The translations under genes were made by a program, and so were the position numbers. From Raillietiella orientalis (lineage: Eukaryota), in NCBI GenBank assembly GCA_036172245.1, contig JAYWIR010000039.1, forward strand, positions 1,674,001-1,738,000: a DNA stretch of 64,000 bases, given 5' to 3'. The notes beneath the pieces are model-generated. The model worked only from the letters and a program-made list of their open reading frames with translations, was not told where the DNA came from and ran no database searches. Below, in pieces: positions 24,001 to 39,799 of the stretch. Every line of letters begins with the position of its first letter. The first letter of the stretch is position 1.

Positions 24001-27000
24001 CAGTTGATGTAAGATTCCACGAAGTTCTTATTTAGGATTACAGATCTGTTACAGCTGTTAATTAGATTCACGGAAAATACGCAAATGGATGCAACAATAT
24101 TTTTCATGAGTGAGCGAGAGACTTGAATCTGAGACTTGTTTAGCTTCCTATGTAGTCATGAGGTGATTATTCTGTCAATGTTGTAATATCTCTTTTTCAT
24201 GTCTTCTCTGCAAAAGTATGTGGCCTTTTTTTTTTTTTTTCGCCACTTCTTCTCTTATGAGTTTTAAAGAAACTTCTTATTTGAAATTATTCAGGATTTC
24301 TCCAAGGATTCAAAAGTCCCCAATGAAAAGAATCGAGGAACTTTTCGCGCTCATTTCCGAATAGCATAAGAAAGGAGAGCTTAAGGGATTCATATGCAGA
24401 TTTTGCATTTGATTGCTCATCTGATTTTGCATCTGGTGAAACAGTAAGCTTCTGCAAAGCATGGAGTGCTAATTGTAGTCACTTTTCTGCATGATAGGAG
24501 CGGTGTCGGTTGAAAGTTCGGAATATGAAAAGGTTGAAAGTAACTGATCCCCAAATAAGAGAACTCGGATCCTGAATAGGCCAGACATTGACATCTATTT
24601 TTAATTCTTCTTTTAAAATGATGTGTACTCTGATATAAGTGTAATTTCGATAAACAAAAAATGAAAATCATTCTTCTCAAACATATGAGCTCTTCCTTAA
24701 CAAAAAGATGAGCTGAAACTGACTGTTTGAGTGATAGAAGTCCATCCATATATGAACCTGATTCTAAATCTATTTGCAAAAATATATCAAAGTTTCGTTT
24801 AAGATGATTGCATGCAAGTATGCATTCCATTAAATAACAAGGTAGTCTATTAAAAATTGATCATTTCAAACGAAGATAACCGTGAGCTTATGTTTCATGT
24901 CTCATATTAATCATAAACTCCAGTTCTTAGCTTCTTTTAAAAAAGAAATTGAAGTTAATAAGTGAGGAGACTTGCATGTGTCTGTATACACGCATTAAAA
25001 AAAAAAGGCTGGATATGATTGTAAGCCCTGATTCAACATAAGTTTTTTATTTATGAAGTTTCATAGCCTATGAAACTTAGTAAATAAACTCTAGTGAATT
25101 GAGCAGCATTAATAATTAACTGTATTCATTTTAAATAGACTCTAAAAGTATTTTTTCTTGAAATTAAATGATAATGTACATTGCTACTGCCTATTTTATG
25201 AATGTTTGCGAATTAATAAGGATCTTATATTGTGAATCAGAACTTCAGTGCAAGAAAAATGTCATATAAGGCTTTTCTGCGAAAGATTACGTTAGTTTTT
25301 GGCCTTCTAAATCTGCTAGATAGAAAATTATGCTTTCTCTTTGAGTGTCATCTGCAAGTTGCATCCAAGAGAAGCATGAGAAAAATTTTACGGGAATACA
25401 ATCTTTGCTAAGGGAATCATAGAAATACGTGTACTCTCTTTGTTTCAATTAAAACAAAAATTCATTTCTAGTGATCAGGAAAATTCTTTATGCCCATATT
25501 TGTAATCTGAGAAAATCACTTAATCGTTAGAATATCTTCATATTTGGGTTTCATCACTCACTCGCATTAATAAACTAAAGTACAAAGAATTACAACTTGT
25601 GTTGTTTGAAAAGCTGTTTTGTACAAAAATGCTGGACTTTCAGCACAAAGCAAGTCATACATGAGCACTTTACTAAGTTCAGAAAGCAAAATGTATTTAC
25701 ATGTCATTTAAAATTGTACAAAAGTCAGTGTCATTTCGTCGCCATTTGGTTTCACATGATTTTAACGTATATAGTCTTCATATCTTGTCACTCCATTTCA
25801 TAGATTCTATGATGAAACTACTTATGCTATGCTTATGACAGTCCCATTTTTTATGATAATGTTCTTTCACTTCTTTGAATACATCATTTGTTACCACTGT
25901 TTTTTTTTCTTTTTTATGTATCAGAGAAACTATTCACTTTGTTCTTTGTCGACTAAATTAGTTTCAAAGGCTTACAAAAGCAGTTTTCTGTTTTCTTTCT
26001 GTTTCTGTTTTCTTGATGAGTAATGCATGTTGTTGATTATATTTAATTGCTTGTAGTTTTGATTTTTCAGAATGCGAGCGTAAGGATTTATCTGCACTAA
26101 ATCTTCAGCTCTTTTCAAAGGGATAATGTGTTTATTTCAATACAGAGATATAGGGATCTATCGAAAAACAAGGAGAGGAAAAAAAAACTTTCAGCTTGCT
26201 ACCAATAGGAAATTCATGAATGCCGACCATATCGCAAAATATGTTTCCTCTCCTAGATAAACGCTGATTTCTAAAGTAATATGCAATATGGGAAACTTAA
26301 AGAGAAACACAAAACGAAATGAATAGAAAATTTTCGTGGAACGATATGAGTTCTGACAGTTTTACGGATACGTTACCAATCTGTTGGTACATGAATGAAC
26401 CGAATAGCGATAGAAAAGCAATGGGATTTTATGGCTTTGTGTGTTCACGTGAAACGTTTTCGAAAAATTTTTAACTTTGAAAAATATATTCATGACGTTT
26501 CTGCATAGTAAGATAAGCATAGAATAAATCAAGTTAGTTTTAGTTGGTACATTGAGTACTGCTTCACATTGATTGAAAAGGTGGTGAATAGCAATCATGA
26601 TATAATGTTGCATTACGTGGCAAATATTCAACTTTCGAACTTTTCGAGATTATGTTAACTAGAGATGAGGTTCGAAATAAAGTAGAATAATAAATGTACC
26701 TCTTAACAACAGCCGCACCAATGGTATTTAAATTAGGAATGTACTATCGTAGCCATATGCTAATGCATGAAAGGATTCAATTGGTTTTAAATTCACGAGA
26801 TTTTTAAATGTTGCCATTCACATTATGAAGTAATTTTGAAGTTATGATTCTGTTTAATTTAAAGTTATGACTCTGTAAGTCACAATAATTTGACATTTCC
26901 CTATTTAAGAAAAAAAGCCAGAATAATTATGACTTAGTGAAAAAAATTGATTTGGTAGTAGTAACCTCTGTGGTCTTTTATTTTTGTAACTTCTGTTTTT

Positions 27001-27283
27001 TAAATATCTTAAGTTACTACTATCGCCCACCATATGGGTCATTATCACCATTTTGTGTAAGATACATTTATCATGCATATTTATATGGAGCCTGTTTTGA
27101 TAATGTGTAACTTATTGAATTTATGGTTTGAATATTGGTTTCATACACAATTATTTCCTTTTTTCTTTAATAAAAAGTGATGCAAATGAAACCGCATGGT
27201 TTGCAACTTGAGCTTTTTTATCTTTGGAGTGCAAAGTTAACATTATTTTTAATATTTTTTAGAAGTAATAAACAATAATATAA

Positions 27284-28666
<1,383 letters not shown>

Positions 28667-28721
28667 TAAATTTAATCATGTTTTGCCCTCCTGTTCCTAA
28701 ACAACAAATATTGTTTTCCTT

Positions 28722-31487
28722 TCAATTTTGGTTATTTTCCTTTTGCTGCTGTTTCCACATTTGTGTGTAAATACCACCAATTTCCAGCAAATCATCATGT
28801 CTGCACCATTATTTTTAGATATGTGTATAACTGAAATGTCTTGTTTACCTGCCATGCTCCACTATCCTTCCTTCTGCCATTACAAAAATGTTGTTAATAT
28901 GCATAATGGCTGACAAGCAACGGGTAAGAATTAGAGTGGTACGATTTTCACCAAAGTGTTGGAGAACAGTCTGGATTATGCAGAAATTTAGCTCATAAAC
29001 TAGATATCATCTTACTAAAATATCGGCCTCAGTCTGCATATCTAATGTATTTGTGAATTCATCTAATACCACAATTTGAGGGCTCCTAAGAATTAATCTT
29101 GCTATGGAAACTTGTTGCTTCTCTTCAGCACTTAGCTTTAAGCCATGCTCTCCCACTTGTGTATTGTAACCTTTTGGATATGTAAGAATTTTCTCATGCA
29201 ACCCAGCAGCTTCAGCTGCACAGATCACTTCTTCTTCACTAGCTTGTGGATTGCCATAATGAATGTTATAAAGAATAGTATCATTGAACAATACTGTATC
29301 TTGAGAAACAACACCAACAGCTTGGCGTAGGGAATGCTGTGTGACATGCTGAATATTTTGATCATCAATCTGTATATTACCACTGCTAATATCATAGAGT
29401 CGTAGTAAAAGACGAAGTACTGTAGTCTTACCACATCCTTTAGGCCCCACCTAAAAATGTTTCATAACTGAACTTTCAAATACAGTAAACTAACCAATGC
29501 CACAGTTTGACCTGGAGTTACTTTCAGATTGAAGCTGGAGAGTACAGTATGTCCATTAGGAAGCACAAAGCTGACATTATTAAACCCAATGTTTCCATTG
29601 AAAACCCTCAAGTCGGGAGCATTTGGAACATCCTTCACTTCTTGTTTTTCATCTAGTAAAGCCAACATATCCTCTATGTCCACAACGGACTTTTGAATAA
29701 TCCTGTTCTTTCTTATTATATTTTTCTTGACTCCAAGCTTCAGTACCTGTAATATGTACCAAACCAATGTAGTGGCATGTACAGCTGTGCTAAATAAGTT
29801 AAGAACAAGACCAGATCTCCAACAGACTGCTCTCCATGGACAATAAAATATATGCTGAGCATGCCTCCAGCAAGCAATCCTCCATTCATGGCAACATTTT
29901 GCACTGTGTTTAGAAGAGATAGAGAGAGTTGCGATTTCCACTCAGCCTGCTGGTAAAACTGCTTAGCAGTTTGCAATCGTTGTACTTCATAAAATTCAGC
30001 AGTGTTGCATTTCACAGTTTCAATATTAAGCAAAGAATCTACAGCTTTCGATGACATTTGATTTTCGTAATTATTCTGTGAATGGCGAAACTTGGTCCTC
30101 CATGTGGTTATGATTATTGTCCCCACTAGTATTTCATTGTGTCAACTTTAATTCTGCTGACAACTGACCTAAGTATACAGCCATTGTGCAAGCCATAATC
30201 AAACCAAACCAAATGTTGAAGACTGTAGAAAAATAAATTGTTGCTATTATTATATCAGCGAAGATGGGGAGAATGTTAAATAACAAATAGCTAAGCAGCA
30301 TAATGGCACTTTGAACTCCCTGTTCCATAATGTGAAGAACTTCTCCAGTTTTTCTACCCAGGTGCCAACTTAAGCTTAAGTTGTGCAAATGGGAAAACAG
30401 TTGAACCTAAAGAACTTAACAGAAATGGCAAACAACGAAATTACTAACCTGCAATGTTAATGAGCTATATTGTTGGACACGAATCCAAAGAAAGTTGTGA
30501 ACACTGGTAATCAACCCAGAAGAAGCAAATCCTTGAAGAAGCTTCAAGAGAACAAATACACTTATGATATTCCAGCAAAAAACAGGGTTGACAGAAAGGG
30601 AATCAATAAGATGCTTGTAATACAATGGAATGAATACATTTACTACTCTTCCACAAACAAGTAGCATAAAGCATGCTAAAATCCGAAGTTGTAAGCAGCA
30701 ATCACGTTTTGGCCACAGATAAGGAAACAGAGTCTTTGCTTGTTTCCAAAATCGTTTTATAAAAGGTTTGCTTGAATGTGACTATGAATGAATTGAAAAC
30801 TTGTTAGTTTTCATGCTGATTACCTGCTGATCAATTAGAATGGGTGAGTAATATGATATTCCTGGTGCTTTGTAACCTAAACCAAAAAGTAGAATGCTTG
30901 CTGTAAATCTTAACACATACAAGGAGAACTCCATTTTGGTTGATACACTGAGCAACTCTATTAAAAAATTAAAAAGAATGAAAGACTTACTTCTGAAGAT
31001 TAAACCACCAATCTTCATGGTTTATGTTCAACAGCACAAGGCATTCAGATACAAGAACTAGAGTCCACAGTACAAATAGTACTAATCCATGTCCTTTTGT
31101 TGGTATTGTGGGGAGCATATAATGTCGCTCAATGTAAATTAATAAATAAGAAAATGGCCAAATAATATAACTGGTGAACAAGGGGACAAGCATGTACCCA
31201 TATAGCAAGTGAGGCTCTATGATGGAAATCTGGAGTAAAAACCTTGAAGTTGCCAAAACAGGCATACAAATAGTAAGAAATATCTGCAACTTGAACCAGA
31301 AGGAAGTCTTCCTTGGAAAAAAACTATAGCGTGTTGCATATCTTCGATAGAATAAATACTGAATAGTTCCAAATATCAACATAAAAGCACAAATAACCGC
31401 TGGTGTGACAGTCTCAAAAAAACAAACATTAAACCCATTCGGTGTCCAAAGGACAATGAAACTTTCGTTTTTTTGACAAAACTTCAT
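28722..31487 (-). CDS. ABCB6: ABCB6/HMT-1-like ABC half transporter (TMD0-TMD-NBD), multi-exon, with degenerate ATPase motifs
   Basis: TMD0 (MKFC...CFFETV...PTKGHGLV), TMD ([43 protein letters not shown]), NBD with Walker [11 protein letters not shown]-loop [12 protein letters not shown] and Walker B IVVLDE. The last exon ...[18 protein letters not shown] ends at 28722. Confidence 0.92.
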
Positions 31488-33599
31488 ATTTCTTATGCTA
31501 AGTGACACAGAATGTAATTCTAATGTTTCAAATAATGCTCTTCTTTTTCAGAGCTCGAAAACTTCGTTTCCCTCACATGACGGTTTGATTGAAATGACCA
31601 AATGTAATGCTGAGAGCTTCTTTTCACCACACATTGATGAACACCAGGCTCTGAATTACGCTTTTACGAGATTTTACAGTGCGAAGAAAACTGTCCTCGC
31701 TGAAAATTAATTTTCCTAAGGTAAAGTGTCCAAATGTAAGCATGAAATAGCCAGCAAAGCTTTCTGATGTGCAGATGTCTAGAACCATAACTAACGTTCA
31801 CCTTTCTAATTCTTGCCACACCATAAAAAACATAATTAAGTCGCAATTTACTATCGACTTCCACATTTTTAATGTTCAGAGTTTTTCTTATAAATATGAA
31901 ATTATTGTTCTCTGGGATTCCTTATAGTTTTAACAATTCTCAAGAAATAGAGTTAAGATATTATTTACTATTTAAGGGAAAACTGAATAAAGTTTGAGCA
32001 CAAAGAATCAATAAACAAAAAGATGCTATTACTTGAAGTGTTTTTTTTTTTTTGTAACAGTTGAAGCGATTGCCTAAAACTGAACAGTTTTCTCGTGCTA
32101 AGGAGAAAATGATTGTAATTCATATATAGAGACCATTAGCCATTCTCATATTCATTTACTTTGCAGTATGTAAACTGTGAAAATTAAATTATGAGAAGAG
32201 GTCAACATGATTTGATGAGTCTCCTCGATTTTTTGGTTAAATACAGTTGATGGTAAAAATTTGCTTTGCAAAGCTATATACTTTTTCAAAGAAAATTTTA
32301 TGGGATGGTGTTTTTTTTGCTCTCTAGTGAAAGTAATGTTACCAATGTTCTAATATTCAGAGAAACAACATGGAAATTCATTCTGAGACCAGAGCCACTT
32401 TGGTGCCCGCAGAATAAGGTAAGAAGAGATCTTTTGTTTCACATTAGTAAGCTTTTTGGGAGACGAATAGCAAGAATACAATTTGTTATTCTAGCTGTGT
32501 GTGCTGTTATTTATTCTAGCTCTCTTCTAGATAACGACGCTTCTTAGATGTTGCAGTCTAGAGTGCAGAAGAAATCGTGAAAAGTGTGCCATATGAGAAT
32601 AATACTTGAGAGAAGAAAAAAAATCATCGATAGTGTAGCAGATGCTCATTAATCCCAGATTTCATTGGAGATGAGTCCATTTCGTTTACTGTTTTAGAGA
32701 AAACGCATTTTACAGCCTAAACGTTTAAAATCAAACAAATTGCCGTTACCATTCTCTGTTTCACGAGTTACAATCGAGAATTTCATGCATTAAATTCCTT
32801 TACAGTTTATTTCCTTCGCACTCTTAACATAATAAATGGCACCACTAAAAAGGATTTGAAGCTAGATATCCCAATAAAAATCCATAAAGTTTTTTCTTGT
32901 TATTCAACTGGTCTCTATTTAAAAAGAAAAAATCATTACAAGTTAAACTCTGATATCTATTTCGAAAATTTCATTAAGAAATCAATACTGATGCCAGAAA
33001 ACTTTCAAATGTATTCAGACAAATATATGTGTTTCTCATACTTTAGAAATCACCATATGTAAGTCATAATTACATCTGAGGCATCTATGTGTTTCTTCGT
33101 TTCACAACTGAAAGGAAAATTTGATTTCTAGTAGGGAGCCAAAATAACTTTGGGAACTTTAGGAATTCCATTGTGTTTTACCAAAGTTATGTTCACTCGC
33201 AAGATATAAAACTGTGAAGGCTAACGGGATTCTTTATAATAGACAAAGCGAAATTAATATCAAATTATGACATGTATCTCTGGACCTTAAAAGTATAGGT
33301 TTTTGCTTCTCGTGTGTAGATTTGTCCGAAGATGACAACAAGAAATCATGAACCTTTTTTTAGCGTAGTAACAATTTGTATGTTAATCAAGAAGTTATTC
33401 ACGAATATATCCTCGCATAATATTAAATAAATTTCATTTTATTGTTGAAACACCACTTCGTATCATACTCATATTCTTCTCATAGAAATTCCAATTATGA
33501 TCAATAATGCAAGTATCATGGCATTTGGATTTCTCAATGTATAAATAAGAAAGAATTTCTAAAAGAGTGACAATCATGACTATATTGCAGAAAAATGGA

Positions 33600-34650
33600 T
33601 GGGGGAAGTACGCATACACGAAAATTATCAATGCATTGTACTCGGTTGCTCATCGCTATGTTCCGTTTTGTTAAATAGAGTAAAAAACTAGAAAAGAATG
33701 ATATTGATTACTGAGAATGGAAACTTCCATTGCGATTGGAATGTTACTTTTATTAACATTTCCATCGCTGAACATTGGGGACCACTGAATATTGTATTGA
33801 TGTGGTCAGAGCATACATAAAATGAACAAGTTGTAGATACTCGCATATTTAATTAAAAGAAGACAAGAACATAAACGAAAGCAATTTTTTAAGAAATTTT
33901 GCTACACTATGATGTTTCAAATAAGTTTTAGATTCTGATCATTCGCATGAATGAGCAACGAGTTGAAAATCTGGGGTTTCTAACAGGCACTGGGTAAAAA
34001 AAGAAATATTTTTGGAAAAATTGAGTAAAAGAAAAGAACCTCTTTCGTTAAACTACTAAAACCTTTGTATGCATTATTTCCAAAAACTAAATTCTAAATA
34101 CTTCGCCTCTCCAGGTGAACGTTTTTTTCAGACCTCAGGTTTTAACATGTCTTTCCCATTGCATCCCTTTCACAAATGCAAACGCATAAATTTCGTTTCT
34201 AGGCAAATATTTGAAAGAGTTTACCATACAATACTTCTATTACTAGTCTCAATCCCTTTAAGATTTAAAGCTGACTCTGGATGCGTTCTCAAGACTTCGT
34301 ACATTTTCGCGGAAACCCCAGAAAACTTCTTGTGGTTGAATTCACTTGGAAGAAGACATTGAAAATTCCTGCTGTTTGAATTTTGAATCCTTTGGATTGA
34401 GAAGATGCTTTTTAATAAGTTGACAGACTTATTTCCAAATAAATAAGAACTTTTAATGATCATTCGCATACGAACAGAAATCGGTAAGAGCTAAAGCGTT
34501 TAAAATGAAACCGGAACAAAAGAAATAATTGAATTAGTAAGTAGGCAAATTACGAGTTTCTCTTTTTGGAAAATTGAAAAAATTGTGAAGATTGTTTGGT
34601 GAACTACTGAAATAGAAATCGAGATATGCGGGAGTTAAAATGGTAATTTT
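33600..34650 (+). mobile_element. Probable hAT transposase remnant
   Basis: YVPFC (~33657, cf. YVPCxAH), LTDLFPN (~34420) and RQITSFSFWKIEKIVK (~34542) resemble the hAT C-terminal dimerisation region; multiple stops. Confidence 0.35.
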
Positions 34651-34779
34651 CTGTAAATTCACATATAATATTGATTGTTCGAAAATCGCCCTTTTACCAC
34701 TAGACATAGCGATACAAACTGATCTTTCATAGGAAAGTTCTAGCCTGCTTTCTGATGCATATTTTTCAAAGGCTTAAAC

Positions 34780-36530
34780 ACTATCAAGGCACCCCCTGGT
34801 GGCGTTGACAGTGCCCAAAGAGCTTTGTAAGCCACCATGTGGAGGCATCTTTGAGCCTCTCGGATGTCCCCAAGGAGGCGAACGGTTCTTCAGTACTTTG
34901 CGAACCAATAGCTTAAAGGAACCAGAAATTGAATCATTGGCATTCCTTCGCTGGTTGCTTGTAATCTGCAATTGCATAATGCTTAACGTTTCACTTTATT
35001 CCAAACATTGAACGTTCCACGTCTCTGTTTTCTAAAATACCTAAACTGACGAAATAATTTCCACAAAAAAAAAGGCACAAAAGATGTTCTGCACTGAGGT
35101 GGGAGAGCTGCGAACGGAAGGGGTGAACTCTTGTTGAACTTCCCTATGAATGCGTGTATTCCCGGGAACTTCATGTTCCTGGGCAGTCCTAGTGGTGGAC
35201 AATATGTGTCAGTATTTCAAAAGACGTACTAACAAATATTTAGCTTATTCAAGGAGGCACTCAGTAAATCATGAGAAACTGTGCGAAGGACGTTACTAAG
35301 GTGAAAACGCTTAATGATGGGATCCTGGAATCATCTGACGGCGCTTGCGAAACGAAGTTCTGCTCCAGAACTCCGCCAAAAACGAAAAAACTTCTATCAG
35401 GAACACATGATTTTTACATACCAAGATCAAATCCTGCAGCTTCCTAGGCAAGCACTTCACATATGACCGATAGATTGAGAATAGATCCATGTCAAGGCTA
35501 GTGGAATCCTCCTTCGGAAGCAAAGTTCTTTAGAAATGCTGCCAACAGTGACAAATCTTTCCCTACTTCTAACAGGAGTCAATTCAGTTGTTCGTAAGGA
35601 AAACAGCAGCAACGAGGAGCCCACATCTCAAGAAACGTGTGGAAGCACGAGATCATTCCGTGACTTGCACGGCTTTTGTCATTTACTCAAGTCCTGGTCG
35701 ACACACTTCTGGTCGACACACTTCCGGTCTTCACACCCCAAGTTGCCGTCTCTTGTATAGGAATCGTACTGTTCTGTCCCAGCTGGAATCCAAGTGGATT
35801 TAAGGAAATCAGGACAGCCAAGGAATGGAATGCATGCGTTTCTGCTGCGCGCCATGTCCTTCGAACGAATTCCCCAGGATCCCATCCAACTTCCATACAA
35901 ACTTTGCTGTGTACGGCGTATCTGTGCAGATTGCGAGTGTGTCGATCGCTGTATGGTCGGCCACTCCTGCTGGCTGGCAACAGCAGCGAAAGTGTTCCCC
36001 AATGGCAGGAACGGCGCCGCTGCGTGATCCGCCCAGCGAATAAGCATTCCTGAATGCTCACACTGCTTCCCTTTCCGGGTGCTTCCCATCTGTTCGAGGT
36101 CCACACTACGTTGGCGGGCGCAAGTGGGCACGTCATCTGGCAGTCACACTCCGGCTTCGTCTCCACGTGCGTTGCCAACGTACAACGGCAGCGGCAGGCA
36201 CTCTTGTGCCTGGCTATAGCTTGCCTACATGAGCCACAGCTGCCTCTGCCCGCAAGAAAGGTAGGTCTCGACCTGCCCTCCTGCAGGAAGCTCCACCAAC
36301 ACTTTCAGTTGGGATCCTTTCTAATGTGGAGCATCCAAGATGTTCGGCACAGTTGGTGTTGTGTGACCGAATGGCTGCGTTGCCTGTGGGCAGTGGTAAC
36401 GGTCTCGACGAGGACTTTTGCCCACCCTTCTTGAATCCCTGAGCCAGTAGGTCGTGCGAGCGCCCGACTCTTGTTTGAGAGTGTGGAGCAGGATTCCCGG
36501 CGTCGGATTCCCGTCAAACTCAAATATGGG
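34780..36530 (-). mobile_element. GC-richer decayed non-LTR (L1/Tx1-like) fragment
   Basis: Local GC rise, a zinc-knuckle-like CGSCRQAIARHKSACRC (~36240-36185) and ORF2-C-terminus-like fragments; no intact frame. Contains a short tandem duplication GGTCGACACACTTC(T/C) at 35696-35729. Confidence 0.3.
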
Positions 36531-37915
36531 TTTTCAACATGTGGTCTTCGCAGTCATCTACTTTTCGACTACTTGAATTTGAGATTGCATGCACTGAAAT
36601 TCACCTTTTTATATAGTTTTCTTATTGAGTATTTGGATATTTCCCTAATAATTTTTGGGTTTTACTTGTTTGTGTGTGTGTGTCTTTCTTTTTGTCCCCA
36701 AAAGATAATTTGCTTTGAGCTTCTCCCTTTGATAGGTATTATCTTCTTTTTCCTTCATTCATCTCTTTTGATTTGTTTTTGTTTTTTTCTTTCGATTCTA
36801 TCTATGGTGTGGATCTACCATGTTTACATCATAGACTGCTATATTTTCTCTTGAAAACCAATAAGTGTACATACTGATATAAATTTTTGATTCTGACACA
36901 GAATCAGGTAATACAAATTTGCCACTGGCACACTGGTTTTTGGTTTGTCAACTTGACCAGCGTTTGCCTTCCGATCGAAAAACCGTTAGGTTTCTGTCAT
37001 GGGCAGGTGAATCTCTTGAGTTTACACCTTCCTGCGTTTCAAGCTGATGAGCTTTACCGTAGACTAATTGCTTTCTTGTGCCAGAGACACAGTCAAGTGA
37101 GGATTGGAGGTGCGTGTTCGGAATCTGAGAAACCGAATCTTTGGTCAACAGCATTTCTTTCACGTAATTCACGGTCAGGGAGGCAGAACCTGGGAAGGAA
37201 CTCTCGTGATGATTTTACTTCAATATTTGTCCAGATGGACGTGTCATTACTGGACATGGTATTTTCAAGAAGAAAGTCAAAAGTAAATTGTTCTAAGGTT
37301 TTATTAAATTTGTGGAAGTGTTTTGTTGGCACTTAGAAGCTGTCCTTGGTAAAAATCGAGCATGTGTCGGTTGAATCTGTGGTAGCTGAGAAAATTGTGC
37401 GGAAGATATAATGTGCTTACTTGAATACATGATCAAAGTATGGTCCTATTCTCTGCATCTGACTCTGTTCTTTCTTATAGGTCTACTTTAGGTATATTCT
37501 CTGAATGCTGCAAAGTGTTTTTCGTCCCAAGACAGGCATATTCTTTGCAAAAACTTCCTTCCAAAATGCCTTTCCCATCGAAGAATACTGAGAGCAAACC
37601 AACTGCACTTTCTCGTGATTTCAAGAGCCGTTACGACTTTAGTTAAAGGATAGTAGAAATTACGATCTAATTCGAATGATGTTAAGAAATCAATCTTAGT
37701 ACTTACTTTCAATAAGACCTCCCTATTTGAAAGAGAAGTTTGATTTTCGATAAAGGAAACTTTTACGATCATTCTTTCTGCAGCTCAACACAATACGCTC
37801 TAATCAATGCAATGGATTTCAAATAAGGAACACATATATTCTAGTTTCCTTCTGTTATTTGTTTTGTGAGATCTGGAGGGTGAAGTTGCTGTCTTCTATT
37901 TGAGAACATGCATCT

Positions 37916-37917
<2 letters not shown>

Positions 37918-37947
<30 letters not shown>
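37918..37947. repeat. (GT)n microsatellite
   Basis: About 15 consecutive GT units. Confidence 0.95.
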
Positions 37948-37949
<2 letters not shown>

Positions 37950-39799
37950 CGTTCACATTTTCTTTCGGAATATTTTTCATGATTGGTGAACATATAGTCG
38001 AAATGTTTCAAATGTGGACGTCACGACGCAAAATTATTCTTCGAGGACAAAGCATATACTTGGCTATGAGATTAGAACGCTGTATTCATAGAAATTTGGA
38101 AACGGAATCTTGTGACAAAAAAAAACAAAAAATGCATTTCTGATTTTTTTTTTTATTCGAGTGGTCACCTAAAAGAAAATTTTAAAAGCTTTTTGGAATT
38201 TGACAACGAGAGACTGCTGCATCAGCTGAGGTTTAAATCCGTGGAAACACTGACCGTGATTCACAATGTCCACCTGATAGCAGGAGTCCGCTGGGAGTTC
38301 AGTGCCGCCGTAGGGCAAGAGAGCGTGGGAGGGAAACGTCGTAATCGTTTCAGTGCTGCCATGAGGATGAGGATGGTCTGACCGTGCTTTTTTCCGGAAA
38401 GAAAGTGCATACATCGTCAGATCTGGCAAACTGCAAAGAACTGTGGCTTGGGGTCTGCCTTACTCGAAACACTTGGAAACACAAATGCGTTTGCTTGGAA
38501 ATGATTCCTTGTCCGCAGAGTGCAATGGTATTCTAAAGGGTCCTAGACATATTAGTTTGACTTGTGATTTATGGTAGGACGACTCCAAGTGGTGCTTAAA
38601 GGATACCACTGTGGTGCGTTCGAGGTTTAAGCAGTTTTGTTATGTCCTGACGTGACGGCCAACACGTCTCACTCATTTCGTTCCGTTCAATCAAGACGCC
38701 CAAAAGTCTGGTTTGTGTGGCAAACGGGGCTTTCCATTTTTCGACCTCCTGAGTACATCAATCCGGAGAAGACAACCACACGTATGCGAAACCGATTTCA
38801 AAACCTTTCGAACGATTATGTGCCATGCATTTGTTGCTACTGATTAGAGGCACCTCCATCGATTTCGAATCATTGCCTCCACTCTTCCGCGCTCTATAAA
38901 TCCAAGTGCACAGATGCTCATTCACTCGCTTGTTGGAAAAAATAGGGCCATGGGCATGCTGGTGGGAGATGGCTTTGCATTCCTTTTAACATGATCTCAT
39001 CCTCCGCATTGTTTCGTTGCTTATGCGGTTTCAGATTCCTGTCTTACGTCTTCATTTCCTAGTTTCGTATTTTCGCAATTTTGCGTATTGTATCAGCCTT
39101 TTTTGTTTTCAACTGTTCCAATACAGAGAATGGCCTCATAATCTCAGAGATCGCTATCTTGGCCGGTTTGATCCTGTATTCATAAATCTGTGCTTGTCGC
39201 CTGTCCTCCGCACCCGTGCAAGAAAACCGACTTTCCCTTCTGTGTAGTCAAGCACGTTCGGTTTTCCTTCCTTCCTTCCTTTCTTTCGATGATTCGAAGA
39301 TTTCCCAAGAACTATCTTCTTTCCAAACATATGTTCGTATATTCTCTCATCTTTCAGAAGCATTTTTGGAGCATAAGTGTGATGACGAACGAGACTTCCG
39401 TCAATTCATGGCTTCCACGGAAATGAGTTTCTCTCGCTACATAATGACAGCCAAAATGCGATTGCATTATAGTGAAGGAATTAGTTGAACCATAAAACAA
39501 TTGCTAATGAAGGTTATCCTCTGCTGTGAAGTCACGTTAGCATTCCCTGACATAAATCTCTTGTAAGCTCTTTGCCCCTGATTTTCACACAAAGAAACCA
39601 GGAAGTAAAAGATGAATGTGTACAAAAGATAAACAAAAAGGAAAGGCTAATTTGAGGAAAAGAAGAAAAATACTCAAAATACTTCAGATTGCACACCAGT
39701 TTTCCGACATCCTACTTTAATGATGAAAAGTTTCCATCGACCCTTCTTTGATAATGAAGTTCCATGACTTTTAAAATAGTAACTCGAATAGCTGTCGAA

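Noticed and set aside
35536..36523. Cluster of 70-160 aa ORFs in several frames
   Set aside because: GC-rich decayed retroelement sequence with no coherent protein or splice structure.
36948..37772. Minus-strand ORF fragments that look like a broken coding sequence
   Set aside because: I could not assign a family; a translated database search is needed.
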